Part shown: piece after piece, positions 26,891-39,735 of the stretch
Position numbering within the stretch: the first letter of the stretch is position 1
How the letters are laid out: each line of letters opens with the position of its first letter
NCBI RefSeq assembly: GCF_964355755.1
Contig: NC_092679.1
Coordinates: forward strand, 21,001,432 to 21,065,431
Source of the DNA: Antedon mediterranea
Taxonomy: Eukaryota; Animalia; Echinodermata
Direction: 5' to 3'
Length of the DNA stretch: 64,000 nucleotides
Notes under the pieces: generated by a model
Told to the model about the DNA's origin: nothing
The model's input: only the letters and a program-made list of their open reading frames with translations
The model's database searches: none
Made by a program: the position numbers and the translations under genes

Positions 26891-28265
26891 CCAACTCTAC
26901 ATATCTAAAACAAATACTATATGATTTTAATTGTTCTTTATTCATTTGGTTTTCTATACCGTACACGCAACATGTTAGTCTAAACATAAATAGTCTAAAA
27001 CAGGCGTTTTTGTCCAAAAATATGCTCACTATAGTTGAAGTATATCTAGCCTTACTAAGCATGGTTGATTAACTAAGTCTAATATAATTTAACATGATTA
27101 CAAAACTTTAACAAAATATTTTCTTCAATTTAAATTTTAATTGCAATATAACTGTCATTCGATTGCTAATATTATTCTTTGAAAGGTGTTATTTTTTGGC
27201 CATAAAACATCCATATATAGAGGTATTTAACTGATAATAAATATTTTAAAAAGATAACCTATAGTAATTCATCAAAGTGACGAAATAAGTTCCAGTTAAT
27301 ATTAAATAGATACCAGAGATTAGAATGTCCCACTTATGGGTTTTGATGAGGTTAGTAGACACTGATTCATGTAGGCCTAACTCCATAAGGTCCCGTCATT
27401 TTAAAGTGGAAACCACCACAGTGAGGGTCAAGCCTCTGATTTGTATAGTTTGGGCCTAAGCCTTAAAAGGATACAGATTGGTCAAGAAGCGATTCATTGG
27501 TAGATGTTACTCATTTTGAGGCACCTTTATATAAATGAATTTCAACATATTATATCACTATTAGGCTAGTAGATAGTGGTTGGGTATAGGTAAAATTAAT
27601 AAAGTCCCGGCAGCGGACTTCCATAATTAAGGTCTATTTATGCATTAGGCCTATCCATTATCATTATCATGTATTTATTTATGGTCAAACACAGTAAAAT
27701 ATGTACATGGTTTTAAATTATTTGTGTTTGTTTTAAAGTTAAAAATTCACATAAAAATGAGTTAAAAAAGTTAATTTTTTGTAAAATACAAATAAAACAT
27801 TCGGCGAACTAACATAACAAAAGGAATACAAACCAGTCGTTGAGTTGAGGCCTAATCGGAGTTACAATATTTTATCTTAGATGGCGCTATAACACCAACA
27901 AGCAAACTGTCAACAAGAAAATTGACAATTGCCTTAATTACATCGAATGACGTACCAACATCGGATATTAATACACTGATATTTTGATTTCGGAAATTTA
28001 TCAAAATGTTTTTGAAAAAAAAAAGAAACAACATTGTCGTCTTTAATTCACTAATATAGTTGTTCCACAATGGACGATGAAAAAAAAGCAATAAAAGTAC
28101 TCGTATAATAACATTGATATGGACGTGAGAAACAATAAATAATAATAATAAATAAACAGTGATGTCGGAAGGATGGATTTATGTTTTGACATAATATTAT
28201 ATAATAGAAATAATATAATAATAACAATATTTGTGAAAAAGTAGTAGTTATAAATTGGATATAAA

Positions 28266-28620
28266 AGTCGACGCGCGCGTTCAAATTCTGGTAACCGCAA
28301 TACAATTTTTATACGCGCGCGTCTACCTATTGATGTTTGCAGTGTGATTGGTGAACCATGAGTGAAAACGATATTTCTAATATTCATAATAAAATAATTA
28401 AAATTATTTTAATTTCTCCACGATTGTATTGATATATTTTTATATTTATATTATCTCTAGTTTGTCCTGCAAGTACTCTCAATTTGCACTGATGAAGGGC
28501 AGTAGTGTTGCCCGAACGATCTGCTAATTTTATCGTTTTGATTAAGATTTTTGCTTATTTTATTTGTTTTTCCATTGAGATCCAGTCATTTTTCAGTAAT
28601 TTGCCTTTGGATATATATTA
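28266..28620 (+). mobile_element. Probable Penelope-like/retrozyme-like non-autonomous fragment
   Basis: Family-C ACGCGCGCGT motifs, then an AT-rich spacer, then a minimal hammerhead-like motif and a T-rich tail. Boundaries are approximate. Confidence 0.45.
28481..28529 (+). ncRNA. Minimal type I hammerhead-ribozyme-like motif (one core mismatch)
   Basis: AATTTGCA-CTGATGA-A-GGGCAG-TAGTG-TTGCCC-GAAC-GA-TC-TGCTAATT: stem I pairs 7/8, stem II is 6 bp (one G.U), CUGAUGA is intact, but GAAA reads GAAC. Confidence 0.6.
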
Positions 28621-30420
28621 TATAATGATGTCTATATTTACCTAAAATAGGTGACATAAACAACTGAATTATTTGCAAGATTACAATTTAGTATCTATAT
28701 GCAGCTAATAAATCAAATATGTAATATCATTTTTATGATTATGCACAGTAAGATGGTCAGGACAGCAGGTAGTATCAGTTAAATACAATTTCAGCAATGT
28801 ATAGACTTTAATTTAAATCTCATAAAATAGTTTTCTCATCTAATTATATTGATTAACATACGAATGATAAACTCAATATGAACTATCTACCAGCTTAAAT
28901 TTCAGATTTATATTCTAAATAATATTTCAGTATTAGCCTCAAACATCCCACTGGCTTCTTCTTGTTTTAAGCACCAATTTAAGCTAAGCATTTATTACAA
29001 GTATTGTAAATCTGTGGGCGTACTATTAAGAAGAAAATGAGAAGAGTGTGGGGATTGGAGGAAGGGGGAGGGGGTGAAAATGTAATTCAGTATTGATATG
29101 GTAGCAAACGACCCCTAACGTCATTTAGCAAGATATAATTGCCTAGGTTTTCTCAGCCATTAAACCCGTTTAAATATTCATCCATAATTATACGAATGTC
29201 AACAAACTTGACAACCAAATCACAGCGACTCATCATCACTACACCTATATCATTCATGACATTCAAATCATATCAGTCTCCTTCGAATAATAACACCACT
29301 ACTTGCATTTAGGTTAAATAAGTCCCGAGAGATCACCGACGTTTAGGATCCACTAATTACAAAAAAACATTATTTCTGAACTTGACAACATTGAAGACAT
29401 TTTCTCGTATTTTATATCTCTGCAATTATAGAATATCCCCAGCAGGTCTCTGTGGGCTAGGCAAAGCGAAGGGCATGTGGAAGCTAACGACATCACTATT
29501 ATACTTTGTAGCATTTTTAAATAAAAAGAGAGAGTTTAATTACATTTTAACCTAAAATATTATCGGAATCGAATGCGCTTTTGTGCGTATCGAGTGTATG
29601 TATTAGAAATGATTATTATTGCAAAATTATCCTATGGTATCTTTATAAATTGTCCCTTACGTACATATTTTGGAATGATGATGATGATGACGACGAAATG
29701 TTGTTGTTATAATTTGTCCCTATTTACACATTTTGGGATGATGATGATGAAATGTTGTTGAAACAAAAAGAAATGGAAAACTCGAAGGCGATCGAACCAT
29801 CGAAGTACCAGGATATTTTCCAACAGCACCAGAGACCATATGAGTTCATATACTATTAATTGATATTTTTTTATCTCATTTATTGATATATTCAATTCAA
29901 TAATCCCATTAATCGTATCACATGTGATAAGGTGCGTCATATACTGTGTTTTTACATTAGTTAAGTATAGACTCAACAGGCAGACGGATACATTTTTTGT
30001 CGACTTTATTCTTGGTTCGAACTATTTAAGATATCCACAGCAGTCTAAAAAATGGCATTGCCTATGTGTTTATATATTAACCTGATTTATAGCGCAGATA
30101 CGTTACGACTTTTACAGAAATAACATCAATAAAATAGACGTAATCCATCTTTTAAGTAATTAGTTACCGTATCTAAGAGAGAATTAATTAGGAAAAAGAA
30201 GGAATGTGTGTTACATTTGAGAGGATGATTTTTTCTTCTTCTAATATAGGAAGTCTGATGCGTGGATCGAAGATAGATATAGTGTACAATTAGGTAATGA
30301 AGATTAGAATGTGTCTTGAAAACAAAGTAACTACGCCTATTCGACAATAAGACAAAACGCGAGGAAAGTACGCGCAACGCATAAGTAGTTTGACCAATCA
30401 TGAGCGACGGATCATTCGAT

Positions 30421-30561
30421 GTGTACTGGACCTACGGTTTATAGTCCTTATCAGAGAAGACTTGTTCTGCCACCAGAATCATAGAGCGTCGCTTCATGGT
30501 TCTTCCTAGTGGTAGAACGAGTCTTCTCGAATAAGGACTATAAACCATAGGTCCAGTGCAC
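30421..30561. repeat. 141-bp imperfect palindrome (fold-back of SINE sequence)
   Basis: GTGTACTGGACCTACGGTTTATAGTCCTTAT...GAGCG-T-CGCTT...ATAAGGACTATAAACCATAGGTCCAGTGCAC; apex at 30489. Confidence 0.9.
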
Positions 30562-30697
30562 TTTAAAAAACCTAGTACATTTTTCGATACGAATAGGGGG
30601 TTACCCCTGTGTACAACACACAGCCACTTTCAGACAACTCATCGTAACTTGATTGTCAGCATACGCTATTATAAATAAGGTGAAATAAAAAATAAAT
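30490..30697 (+). mobile_element. 5'-truncated SINE with Deu/Nin-like central domain
   Basis: AAGGACTATAAACCATAGGTCC...TTAAAAAACCTAGTACATTTTTCG...GAATAGGGGGTTACCCCTGTGT resembles the Deu/Nin-SINE core as I recall it. The element ends in CGCTATTATAAATAAG...AATAAAAAATAAAT. Confidence 0.65.
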
Positions 30698-31314
30698 TGT
30701 CCTTGTGATCGATCAAATAAACTCAATCGCATTCAAACGCAATCGTCCTTACGTTTCTTCCTAGTGGGAAACAAGTTTTAAAGTCTATCGCAATGCGGAC
30801 CACGCACGAACTCGACGCAAATCCGTTTGTTTGCTCGATATAAGAACCATATCCTACTAACAATCAAAGTTTTAAATCGCAAACAGTCGTATATGGAAAT
30901 TACAAAAGTGCTTTCGCTAACCCTGGCCCCGGAGGGATAATTACGACAATTTGATAAAATTGCTCTTAATGACTTTGACATTAGGGAGAGCGCTGCACTT
31001 TTTCGCTGGGAAAAAGGCGACAAGAACACTATTTTTACATTATTCTTAATACGCTTTAGCCCCGTTTTGACTTGAATTACGGATCTTTTCGTGGGTATTA
31101 TTTCTGATTTTATTTGTTATAAAATCGACCATAACTGCGGAACGAAAGCAATGACCGATTTATGGCTGTCGATTACGAAGGATAAAACATGATAATGTCA
31201 TGTTTGTATCGGGCCGTTAAAATAGAACATCGATGTAACATGATTTTGGATAAAAATAAGGGGACAAAATGCTGTATTGCATTTTAAACAATGTAGGAAT
31301 AGTGTATCGTTTGT

Positions 31315-31502
31315 AAACTATAGTCAGTGATATGTCTATCACGTAACAGATACAGAAATTGATGCGCGTACAAATCTTGATGAAAATTGAACGACTTTTG
31401 TTCGTGCGCAAACTATAGTATATGCCTATCACGTAACAAATACAGAAATTGATGCGCGTACAAATATCGATAAAAATGGAACGACTTTTGTACGCGCGCG
31501 TT
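31315..31502. repeat. ~95-bp tandem duplication containing family-C motifs
   Basis: CTATCACGTAACA(G/A)ATACAGAAATTGATGCGCGTACAAAT...GAACGACTTTTGT occurs twice. Confidence 0.9.
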
Positions 31503-32028
31503 ACAGTTGTGTTTCTTCGTATAGGCCTACTGATCTTTAATTAATGTTATATTCTGTTAATTATTTGTAATGTTGATTTTATAGATCACTATCATGATTT
31601 TTATCATGATCAAATTTTCTTGTATCATTACCATCATCACCATTAAAACCACTGCTCACGCTTCCTCATTCTTAATCACCACACTTTCATCATTGGTCAT
31701 ATAAGTCTCATCTACAGCTTAAAAAATCTTTAAAATAAATAAAGCACTGTAAATCTTGTATTTTGTGACTTATTATATCATTCACATCGCAAATAATACA
31801 TCAAAGTTGATCTTAAATGGGAAATAAATAGGATACAAGCTTGTAAATGTGCCGATCACTAGTGACTTTAAATTAATCTACCAAGTATAATACACGATGC
31901 AGACTGGCTTTCTTACATAAATCAAGACAAAAACAGCGAATAAATATGTCACAAGTCAGATCACACCCCTTCAACAATATAATGCCTGACTTAGGATATG
32001 AGTGCGTAAACTAATGTGGGCGCCCCTG

Positions 32029-32042
32029 GTTACCACGGTAAC
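32029..32042. promoter_or_regulatory. RFX X-box-like palindrome
   Basis: GTTACC-AC-GGTAAC fits GTNRCC(N0-3)RGYAAC and is adjacent to CTCF-core-like GGGCGCCCCTGG. Confidence 0.35.
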
Positions 32043-33504
32043 TAATACGCGATGACGAGCCTGATTAAACTATCATTCTCATAGTACTAAAACAATACAT
32101 TGTTCTAGATAATGTAACTATGTCGACAATCAGATGTGTTCCCAAAATGTAGTAAATTTTAAAAAAGGAGCAAAACAGACCTATAACATGAATTAAACTA
32201 TGCTATCCGATAATCGTCCGATAAGTCTGTTATAATTCATGTTCACACTGTAAAAACTAAACAAACACAACAAAATTTGAACTATTATTGTTATAGTTAT
32301 AAAGATGTAGGCCTTTTATTTGTATTCTTCATGTGAATTCAAGTTTCATAAAGAAAGGAAAATGATGCCGGAGTAAAATATGAACTATATACATTGATAG
32401 CAATAATCACATGCTAAGAAATTGTAAATATCATAATTAAGAATAAGATCGAATAGCGCATCAAACCTAATGAAACGTTCATTTAAAACTCAATTCGTCA
32501 AGAGTGCCAATGGGATTTCGTTTCGCTTTTTACATATTTCCACTATAAGCATTCCTACTCAAAGTAATGTTATAATTATTGTTTTTGATGTAAGGATAAT
32601 TATGCAATTATTTGGAAAATGTCGAGAAAAGTCTACTATAATTATTGTTTTCTGATAGAGTGCCTGAAAAAATATCAAAATGACATAGTGTCTCATTATT
32701 TTTATGGGAATATTATCGAAGAAAAATATTCCCTTTATTTAAATAATTCTGATAGAGCGCGTATAACGTAACTTTATTCAACCAATCATTTTACCTTAAT
32801 TAAGAATATATAAGTCTAGAAATATTTAAAATAAGATAGTATGCTTTTACACAAAATAAAAAAGTAAAATAGATTAGCAATTTAAAACTTATAAATTGAG
32901 ACAAATAATTTCTATAATGGAATAAAATCAGAAGTATTTTCATCATAATAACATAGCTTATGCCTTTTGTATATACGTATATCCTCGAATATGTGTAATT
33001 AAAATATTTATACAATGATATTAAAACAGTAGGTGTTAAAATTCCAATATTGATATATTAATAGCTACATTATCTGTCTAGAAAAGTAATTCAAATGCTC
33101 ACGTAACATACAATTGCTTTAATAAGAAATGCTATACACCCGACGTGTCGTTATAGAATAGGATTATTGATGGGATTTTGAAATTGAAACCCATTAGCCT
33201 GCTACATTGTCGTTGATAGACTGAGCAATTTTTATAAGTGATCCTATTTACAAGCTATCAAGTTGTTATTGATGTTAAAGGTATAATAACCTTACTCAAT
33301 TGATTTACAGATAAATGATTAGAAACAAGAGTACAACTCAATGATGTTTTGTTTCTTTACACAAATGTAATGATATTACCTGATAACAAGTTTACATACG
33401 ATTATATAAATTATTGTTTAAAGTAAATCATTCTTTCTTTGGAAAGAGGAAATAGAAAGGTATTTATAATAACAAATCAAAACGTCAGACACTAGCTGAA
33501 TAAA

Positions 33505-33605
33505 CGTTGACGCGCGCGTACAAAATGCATACAAATTGACGCGCGCGTACACAACTGTTTCATCAGGGTTGGTACGCTCGCGTCGAGTTACGCGTGCGTA
33601 CAAAT
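33505..33605. repeat. Family C motif cluster
   Basis: TTGACGCGCGCGTACA twice, inverted GTACGCTCGCGTCG, and TTACGCGTGCGTACA. Confidence 0.7.
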
Positions 33606-35606
33606 ATACATGCTACATATTCAGCTTTGCTGCTACGTGCGTCAACATCTCCTTTTTCGTCCGAATGTCACTCTCAGTATGGACAGTATATTCATTTGTA
33701 TTATCAATTCAAAAATATGCTTCTTAAATTATTCTCGTTGGGCAAAGGAAAATAATACAAAAAGAGACACATTTATGATGAATAACCTATGTACACTCAT
33801 AGAATGGGTAAAACATTACTTACCGTAGTAGGTTAACTTTAGACAAAATAATGATGCGTCCTATATGAATTTAGTTTGCGATTCTCCTGCAAAGACAGAA
33901 AATTAAATTAAAAATTAAACCCATTACAAGTAGATCAAGGTCTAGAAAAAATGTCAATAATCTTTATTGTTGCTGCAATATAATAAATCATAACACTATA
34001 TGTTTATAAAATCATAACGTAATAGCCCTAACGGTCAATTCTACCTTTAAACTGTTTTTTTTTGCGCGACTCCTACATGATATAAAACCTTAAAAATATC
34101 AGACCTTCTTGTAAGACACAATTATGCAAATGTATAAATGATGTACGATATATCACAGTAATTAGGTCAAAGGTTGTTAAATAAACGCATAGGATATGTT
34201 GTGGTCCAGCACGGCACAATACAGGAAGGAATTTAGCTTTATTGTTGATCGACAATAATGAAAAGGTACGTGTAAAAAAATAGCCTCGTCGTAATGACGT
34301 AATCAACAAAATTGATCCAATAAGGGAACGGTAAAATTAGACAGCGGTTTTACTTAAGTGGTCTTGATTTTTGTGTTAAGATTAAGTAGTTGTATCCTAA
34401 CAGAACTTTAAGGGGTTTAAGGGTTTTAGTTGCTAAGGAAATGTCAAAAGTGTCATAAAGACAAGGTATTAAATATTCCTGGTATTTCTATCAATATTCA
34501 TAAAACTATATTTGCGCGAGGGTTATAAAACCAGGGAAGAGTATTGGTATTACTTTTTTTTTAATTGCCACACACTTATTTTTATTTTATTCTCGTTTCC
34601 GTACCAAACTGTGTTGGGTAGGAACCAATAAATAAACCTTAACGGGCCCAATGATAGTAGCGCGTACTGTATCATCAGTGCCACGCGATGCCCGCATTCA
34701 AATGATGATGGTGTAACGGTTGTACGCGCGCGTCAACTTTGTTGATGATGTCACTACTGAACAACCGCGTACGCTTGATAAAGTTCCCTGTGTTTCTCAT
34801 ATCGAACTTGGAATAATGTTTAATTATCAATGAGAGAAGTAATATCTGAAAGTAACAAAACTAGGTCGGCTTCTCATTTTGATCAATGAGATTGTGAATT
34901 ATGCCATTTTAATGTGTTGTGTTCGGTTCTCACGTGACACTAGTTATTTCACTGCCTCTTTTTTAGGTTACGCTCCTTCAGTAACCGTATGGCGCGCTCA
35001 CCGATCGTCTGCAACTGTGACATGATCGTCACTTTTTCCTCCTATACTAAATGTGTCGAAATGAGAGGTGCAGGCGAGCTTCGAAATAACATTAAACTAG
35101 TGAAATAGAACGTTCCTACATTCAATCATAATTCTTGATATGATGAGCTTTATTCGAAAGAATCGTAATATTTCATAGAATTAAAAGTCAAATATTCAAT
35201 CAAATCTGTAAAGCTCCTGGCAACTATAGGCTAGAGTGGGCGGATCAAACATTTATAGTGGTATTATGTACAATCATGCCAAACTATAAAACTTGTTTGT
35301 AAAAAAACAGAAGAAATTGTTTATACTATTTCCTGAGTTTTTGAAATGTTTAGGAAAAAATAACAATATTTCATTTCAAAATGCGTAACACAGCACTATC
35401 AAAATATATGTTTTTCTTTTTTTTATATAAAACATTTAGTCTGGTAATTTATTTTTTTAACATTACGGTATAATAAACAATGATTAAAATAGGTCGAAAG
35501 ATACAATCATAACAAACTCCGGTAACTACATAATGCAACAAACACGCACACACATAAATAACAAACGTCTATATATAAGAAAACAAACATAACAAATAAA
35601 ATGTTA

Positions 35607-35764
35607 AGCTCTGTCTATTTTCAAACTAGTTTGACAAAAAAGGTGTGATGTGTCCAAATATGGTAGTGATATGCTCAAATATGGTAGTGATATGACATCA
35701 TCATGTCCATATATAGGCACATCACATTTTTTGTCACATACAGTTTGATAGTGTAGACAGAGCT
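35607..35764 (+). mobile_element. MITE family A, full length
   Basis: TTA|AGCTCTGTCTA...GTTTGATAGTGTAGACAGAGCT; two CAAATATGGTAGTGATATG subrepeats. Confidence 0.92.
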
Positions 35765-37852
35765 AAATATTTCAAACTTTGCTTTGTATATGAAACAAAC
35801 TCAAAGAATATTTCCGTTTTAAGATCATTCGGAAGACTTCGTTTATAAGACCTCGTCCCCACTTTGCACGTGTAAGGACATCCGAGTATTATAGTTCGGA
35901 AACCCACGAATCCAAGTTAATACATATTCTACCTTAATCGCCCATATCCACACAACAACCTGTTACGGCGGAACCGTAAACCACTGGTAATCATGTGAAG
36001 ATAAAGAAGAAATTTAATTTTGTTATAACATTATTAAATATAGGCCAAGTAGGCCTAATTACTAACGTTTTATGAAATCTTAATCTTGTGTTTTGAGACT
36101 AATTTTAAAAATAAATCCCAGAGTACTGGTTGACATACGCCATCCTCCTTTTCTTTATTCATCATTTGGCGCGCGCGCGTGGAAAAACTGGTATTGATTT
36201 ATACGCGCGCGTACATACATAAGGGAGGCCTGAAATAAGCCACTGTAGACACCTAGCTTATGTCGATGAAAGATACTATAAAGCCTAATTTTCTGCAATT
36301 GTGAGAACTGAAAATGAAATAAAATTAATAACGTGTTAACAAGTGAAACAATCTCAATTATGTATCCTTAATGAAGGTCATCAAATATAACATAAAAACT
36401 TGATTATTTTTTTCTGTTTCTATTTTAATCAAAATGTTAAAATTATGCCTAAAGTGAAACACATTTTGAAGTACCAATATCGAATAATTAAATGCATCGA
36501 AATCAGATTTGTCTTTTTGACTATTTATACGATGATTAGATTTGTGTTCTATGTACTATTTTATCTATTTACACGATGGATTATAATAGTATAGGCCTAC
36601 GTGAATATCGTTGCCGTTGCAACTACAATCTAAAGACACGTTGTCGTTAACAATTGAAGTATAATGACGGGATGACGTTTTGTCGATTCACAGCGGCAAT
36701 CATGTAACAGTTAACAGGTTTTCATATCTCATTCTATTCACATCAAATGTGAGAGGGCTGGGGGAAATCACTTCAATGTCATCGAAACTTGACTGTCTCG
36801 ACGATAAACCCGAGGCCTCTCCCTCCCAAGTGGATACTTGTATCGTTATAAGCGAGTCGCCGGCTTAGCGCTTTATTCTCTTTTCCGAATCTAATTGCTT
36901 AACGATAACTCATTTGTATTTTAGTAGCTAGCCTCCCGTGGCGTTCCTCATCAGAGTTGTTACCAAGCGTTGTCAGTGGTTGTCTTGGCTAGGAGATTGA
37001 AAGGGGTGAGGGGGACGTCTCAATGCGACGTATTATTTCGATCTGATGATGATTCATAGTTGTGCGCGTCACTATAAGGTTATCGTCTGCTGTTTCAGCA
37101 TATTGATAATTGTACAGTACATTTTACAGTTTTTTGTTTATTTTAAATTCATCAAATTTCTTTTATTAAAATATGGGTTTTAATAAAAGAATAACGAAAT
37201 TATTTGGAATAACTTTCTATTTTAAATTTTCTATATTGTCCAAATCGTATATCACAACATTAGGAAATTCTGTTGTCATTTTATTTTAAGTTATGTTTTG
37301 TTTATCGATAACTACTTATTCTAAATTTTAAATAACAATTCTACTTTGTATAATTAACATTATTTGTTTCGCTTTGTTTAAATTCATATTATATTTAATA
37401 GGCCTGTGTCGTAATTATCTTTACCAATTACCACGGTTTTAAATACATATATATTATAATAGTTATAATTAAGCTGTCTATTAAGTAACAATAATATCAT
37501 TGTTAGTTATCATCACTTATGAATGTTTCATTATAACAAAAATGTTAAGCAAAACTGTATGACTAAAATCATACTCATGTTATTAGATTTATAATTCAAT
37601 TTTCACACTGAAAAAATAACATAATAACATAACAAATATGGTATTGAATAAAGGATGATGAAAAGGAGAAAAAACGTGAAAATATGCACGTGATACTCCA
37701 ATTTAGGCCTATTAATTTTAATGTAAATTGTTACTCTTCAAAGAAAATAGAAAACTCACGTAAAATATCAACAACTGTCATTAAAGTTACACTCAAAATT
37801 TGTTCCGTTTTTCACAAAATACGGTGCCGTTTTGTTGAAATGGCCAATCATA

Positions 37853-37993
37853 AGCTTGGTTCTCACTTGAACTCGACGTAAAGACGTAATCGCAACGCAA
37901 GTGATTTGACCAATCACGACGCGATTGAAAATTATCGTTGTGATTGGTCAACATTGCGTTGCGCTACGTCTACTTCCTAGTATTGTAAGAGCT
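37853..37993. mobile_element. MITE family B copy, diverged
   Basis: AGCTTGGTTCTCACT...GCAACGCAAGTGATTTGACCAATCAC...GTGATTGGTCAA...TTGCGTTGCG...AGCT. Confidence 0.8.
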
Positions 37994-38934
37994 TTGCGCC
38001 GTTTTTATTATCGATATTGATTTTCATTTTTGATGATTTTTTAAAAAGGTTTTATTTAAATATTTTTATACATTTCCATACATTATTGGGCCTATCTACC
38101 AAAACCATTTATTGTTATACATTTCCATACATAAATGTATTATATCTACCTAAACCATTTAGGCTTTAAGTTGTTTTCTTTTGTTTGTAGGCCTAATACT
38201 TTTATCTTAATCACCGTATGATTTTCTGTATTTTAAGATTTCCTTTAGAATGGATAGAGTTTAAACGCTAAGACAAGGCAGTAAGAAGTTAGGGGATAAT
38301 TGGATCATCCACATTAAGCTAAGCCGCAGAGTATCCGCTGAAATTATCCATATGTGGATTTAATACTAACCAAAGCAAAGACTGTTGTTACAAAAAAAAA
38401 ACATTTGAAAGACATTCGAATCAGCCGCTTGTCGGAACTTTATCAATTTCAGATTACCATCCCATACATTTGGCTTACTGTAGTTGTACTGCAGTAATGT
38501 GTGAATGCTATCTTGTATAATTGTTAAACCAATTGGTTAATTACTGCAGTATACTGAAGCATACAGTGACATAACAATAAATTAGCATTTTGAAATGATT
38601 TCACTTTTATTTACTTTCACTATATTTATTTATTATTATTTAGTTAGGGTACTTTTAGAATATGCCATGACGTCTTTCTTCTTGTGCAAAGCACTTAAGA
38701 ACATTTGTATTACCAGGCGCTCTATGAGCCAACCAGAATGCAAATTTAAGTTTTTTTTACATAATTCCGCATTTACCACATCAACTTTTAACTATACTAA
38801 TTTAAACTATAATAAAAAATTTAAAAAATGGAAATAAAAAAAAACAAATATTAATTGCAAAAGTTACTACAAACATTAGTAAAAATGACTATTTTTTCGT
38901 AATTAATTAAATTAATTATTAAATATTTCTAAGC

Positions 38935-39006
38935 TTATTTTTTATTTTATTTATTTATTTCAACAATATTTTACGAGAGTGGTCCATCCAGCCGAAGCTG
39001 ATCTTT
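38935..39006 (-). mobile_element. Probable CR1/L2-type 3' tail fragment
   Basis: Minus strand reads AAGATCAGCTTCGGCTG (hairpin) GATGGACC...GAAATAAATAAATAAAA. Confidence 0.45.
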
Positions 39007-39279
39007 TAAACATTCGTTTTCTCGTTTTGTTCACCTTAATGCCCATGAATACATTGCGACTAGTGACTTTTCTCTCACCACAACGAGCTTACATTATAGA
39101 CAAAATTTAAACAATAGTTGAAAGTTTAGCATAAAGTTATTAACATACAGACGAGATAGTTGGAGTTAGTTTAACGCCTGGACGTGGCAGCTAATCGCTG
39201 TTTACGCAAGTTAAATAAATCCATCGCACAACACACGGAATTACTGATCAATAGTGACAACTAGTAAAATCCAAAAAAT

Positions 39280-39735
39280 TCTGTTCAAGTCTTTCTTTAT
39301 TTATCAAAATCCAAAGTATAAAAAAAAGAAAAAAAAACACGAAATTCACAACGAAAGAATACGAATAAAAGAAAGAAATTCATGTTCTAGTCTTTCTTTA
39401 TTTGTCCAAATTCAAAGTATAAAGAAGAAAAAAAAACCGAAATTCACAACGAAAAAAGTACAATTAAAAAATTACTATCCAAGTCTTTCCTTATGGTTCT
39501 AATCCAAAGTATATAAAGGAAAAAACAATCAATAACGAAAAATGTACAATTTAAAAATTACTATCCAAGTCTTTCCTTATGGTTCAAATCCAAAGTATAT
39601 AAAAGAAAAAACAATCAATAACGAAAAAAGTACAATTTAAAAATTAATATCCAAGTCTTTCCTTATGGTTCAAATCCAAAGTATATAAAGGAAAAAACAA
39701 TCAATAACGAAAAAAGTACAATTTAAAAATTACTA
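39280..39735. repeat. Tandem array: three ~identical 86-bp units preceded by two diverged longer units
   Basis: (A/T)AGTCTTTC anchor at 39287, 39388, 39481, 39567 and 39653. Confidence 0.9.

Larger units (their letters stand above)
30356..30777. mobile_element. MITE family B copy split by a SINE-derived insertion
   Basis: The left part (GCAACGCA...TGACCAATCATGAGCGACGGATCATTCGA) runs to ~30419. It resumes at 30698 (TGTCCTTGTGATCGATCAA...CTAGTGGGAAACAAGTT|TTA). Confidence 0.75.

Noticed and set aside
29048-29077. G-rich tract as a G-quadruplex (also poly-G 45583-45601 and poly-C 26640-26662)
   Set aside because: Only three runs of three or more G at 29 kb; the homopolymer runs are common and carry no supporting context.
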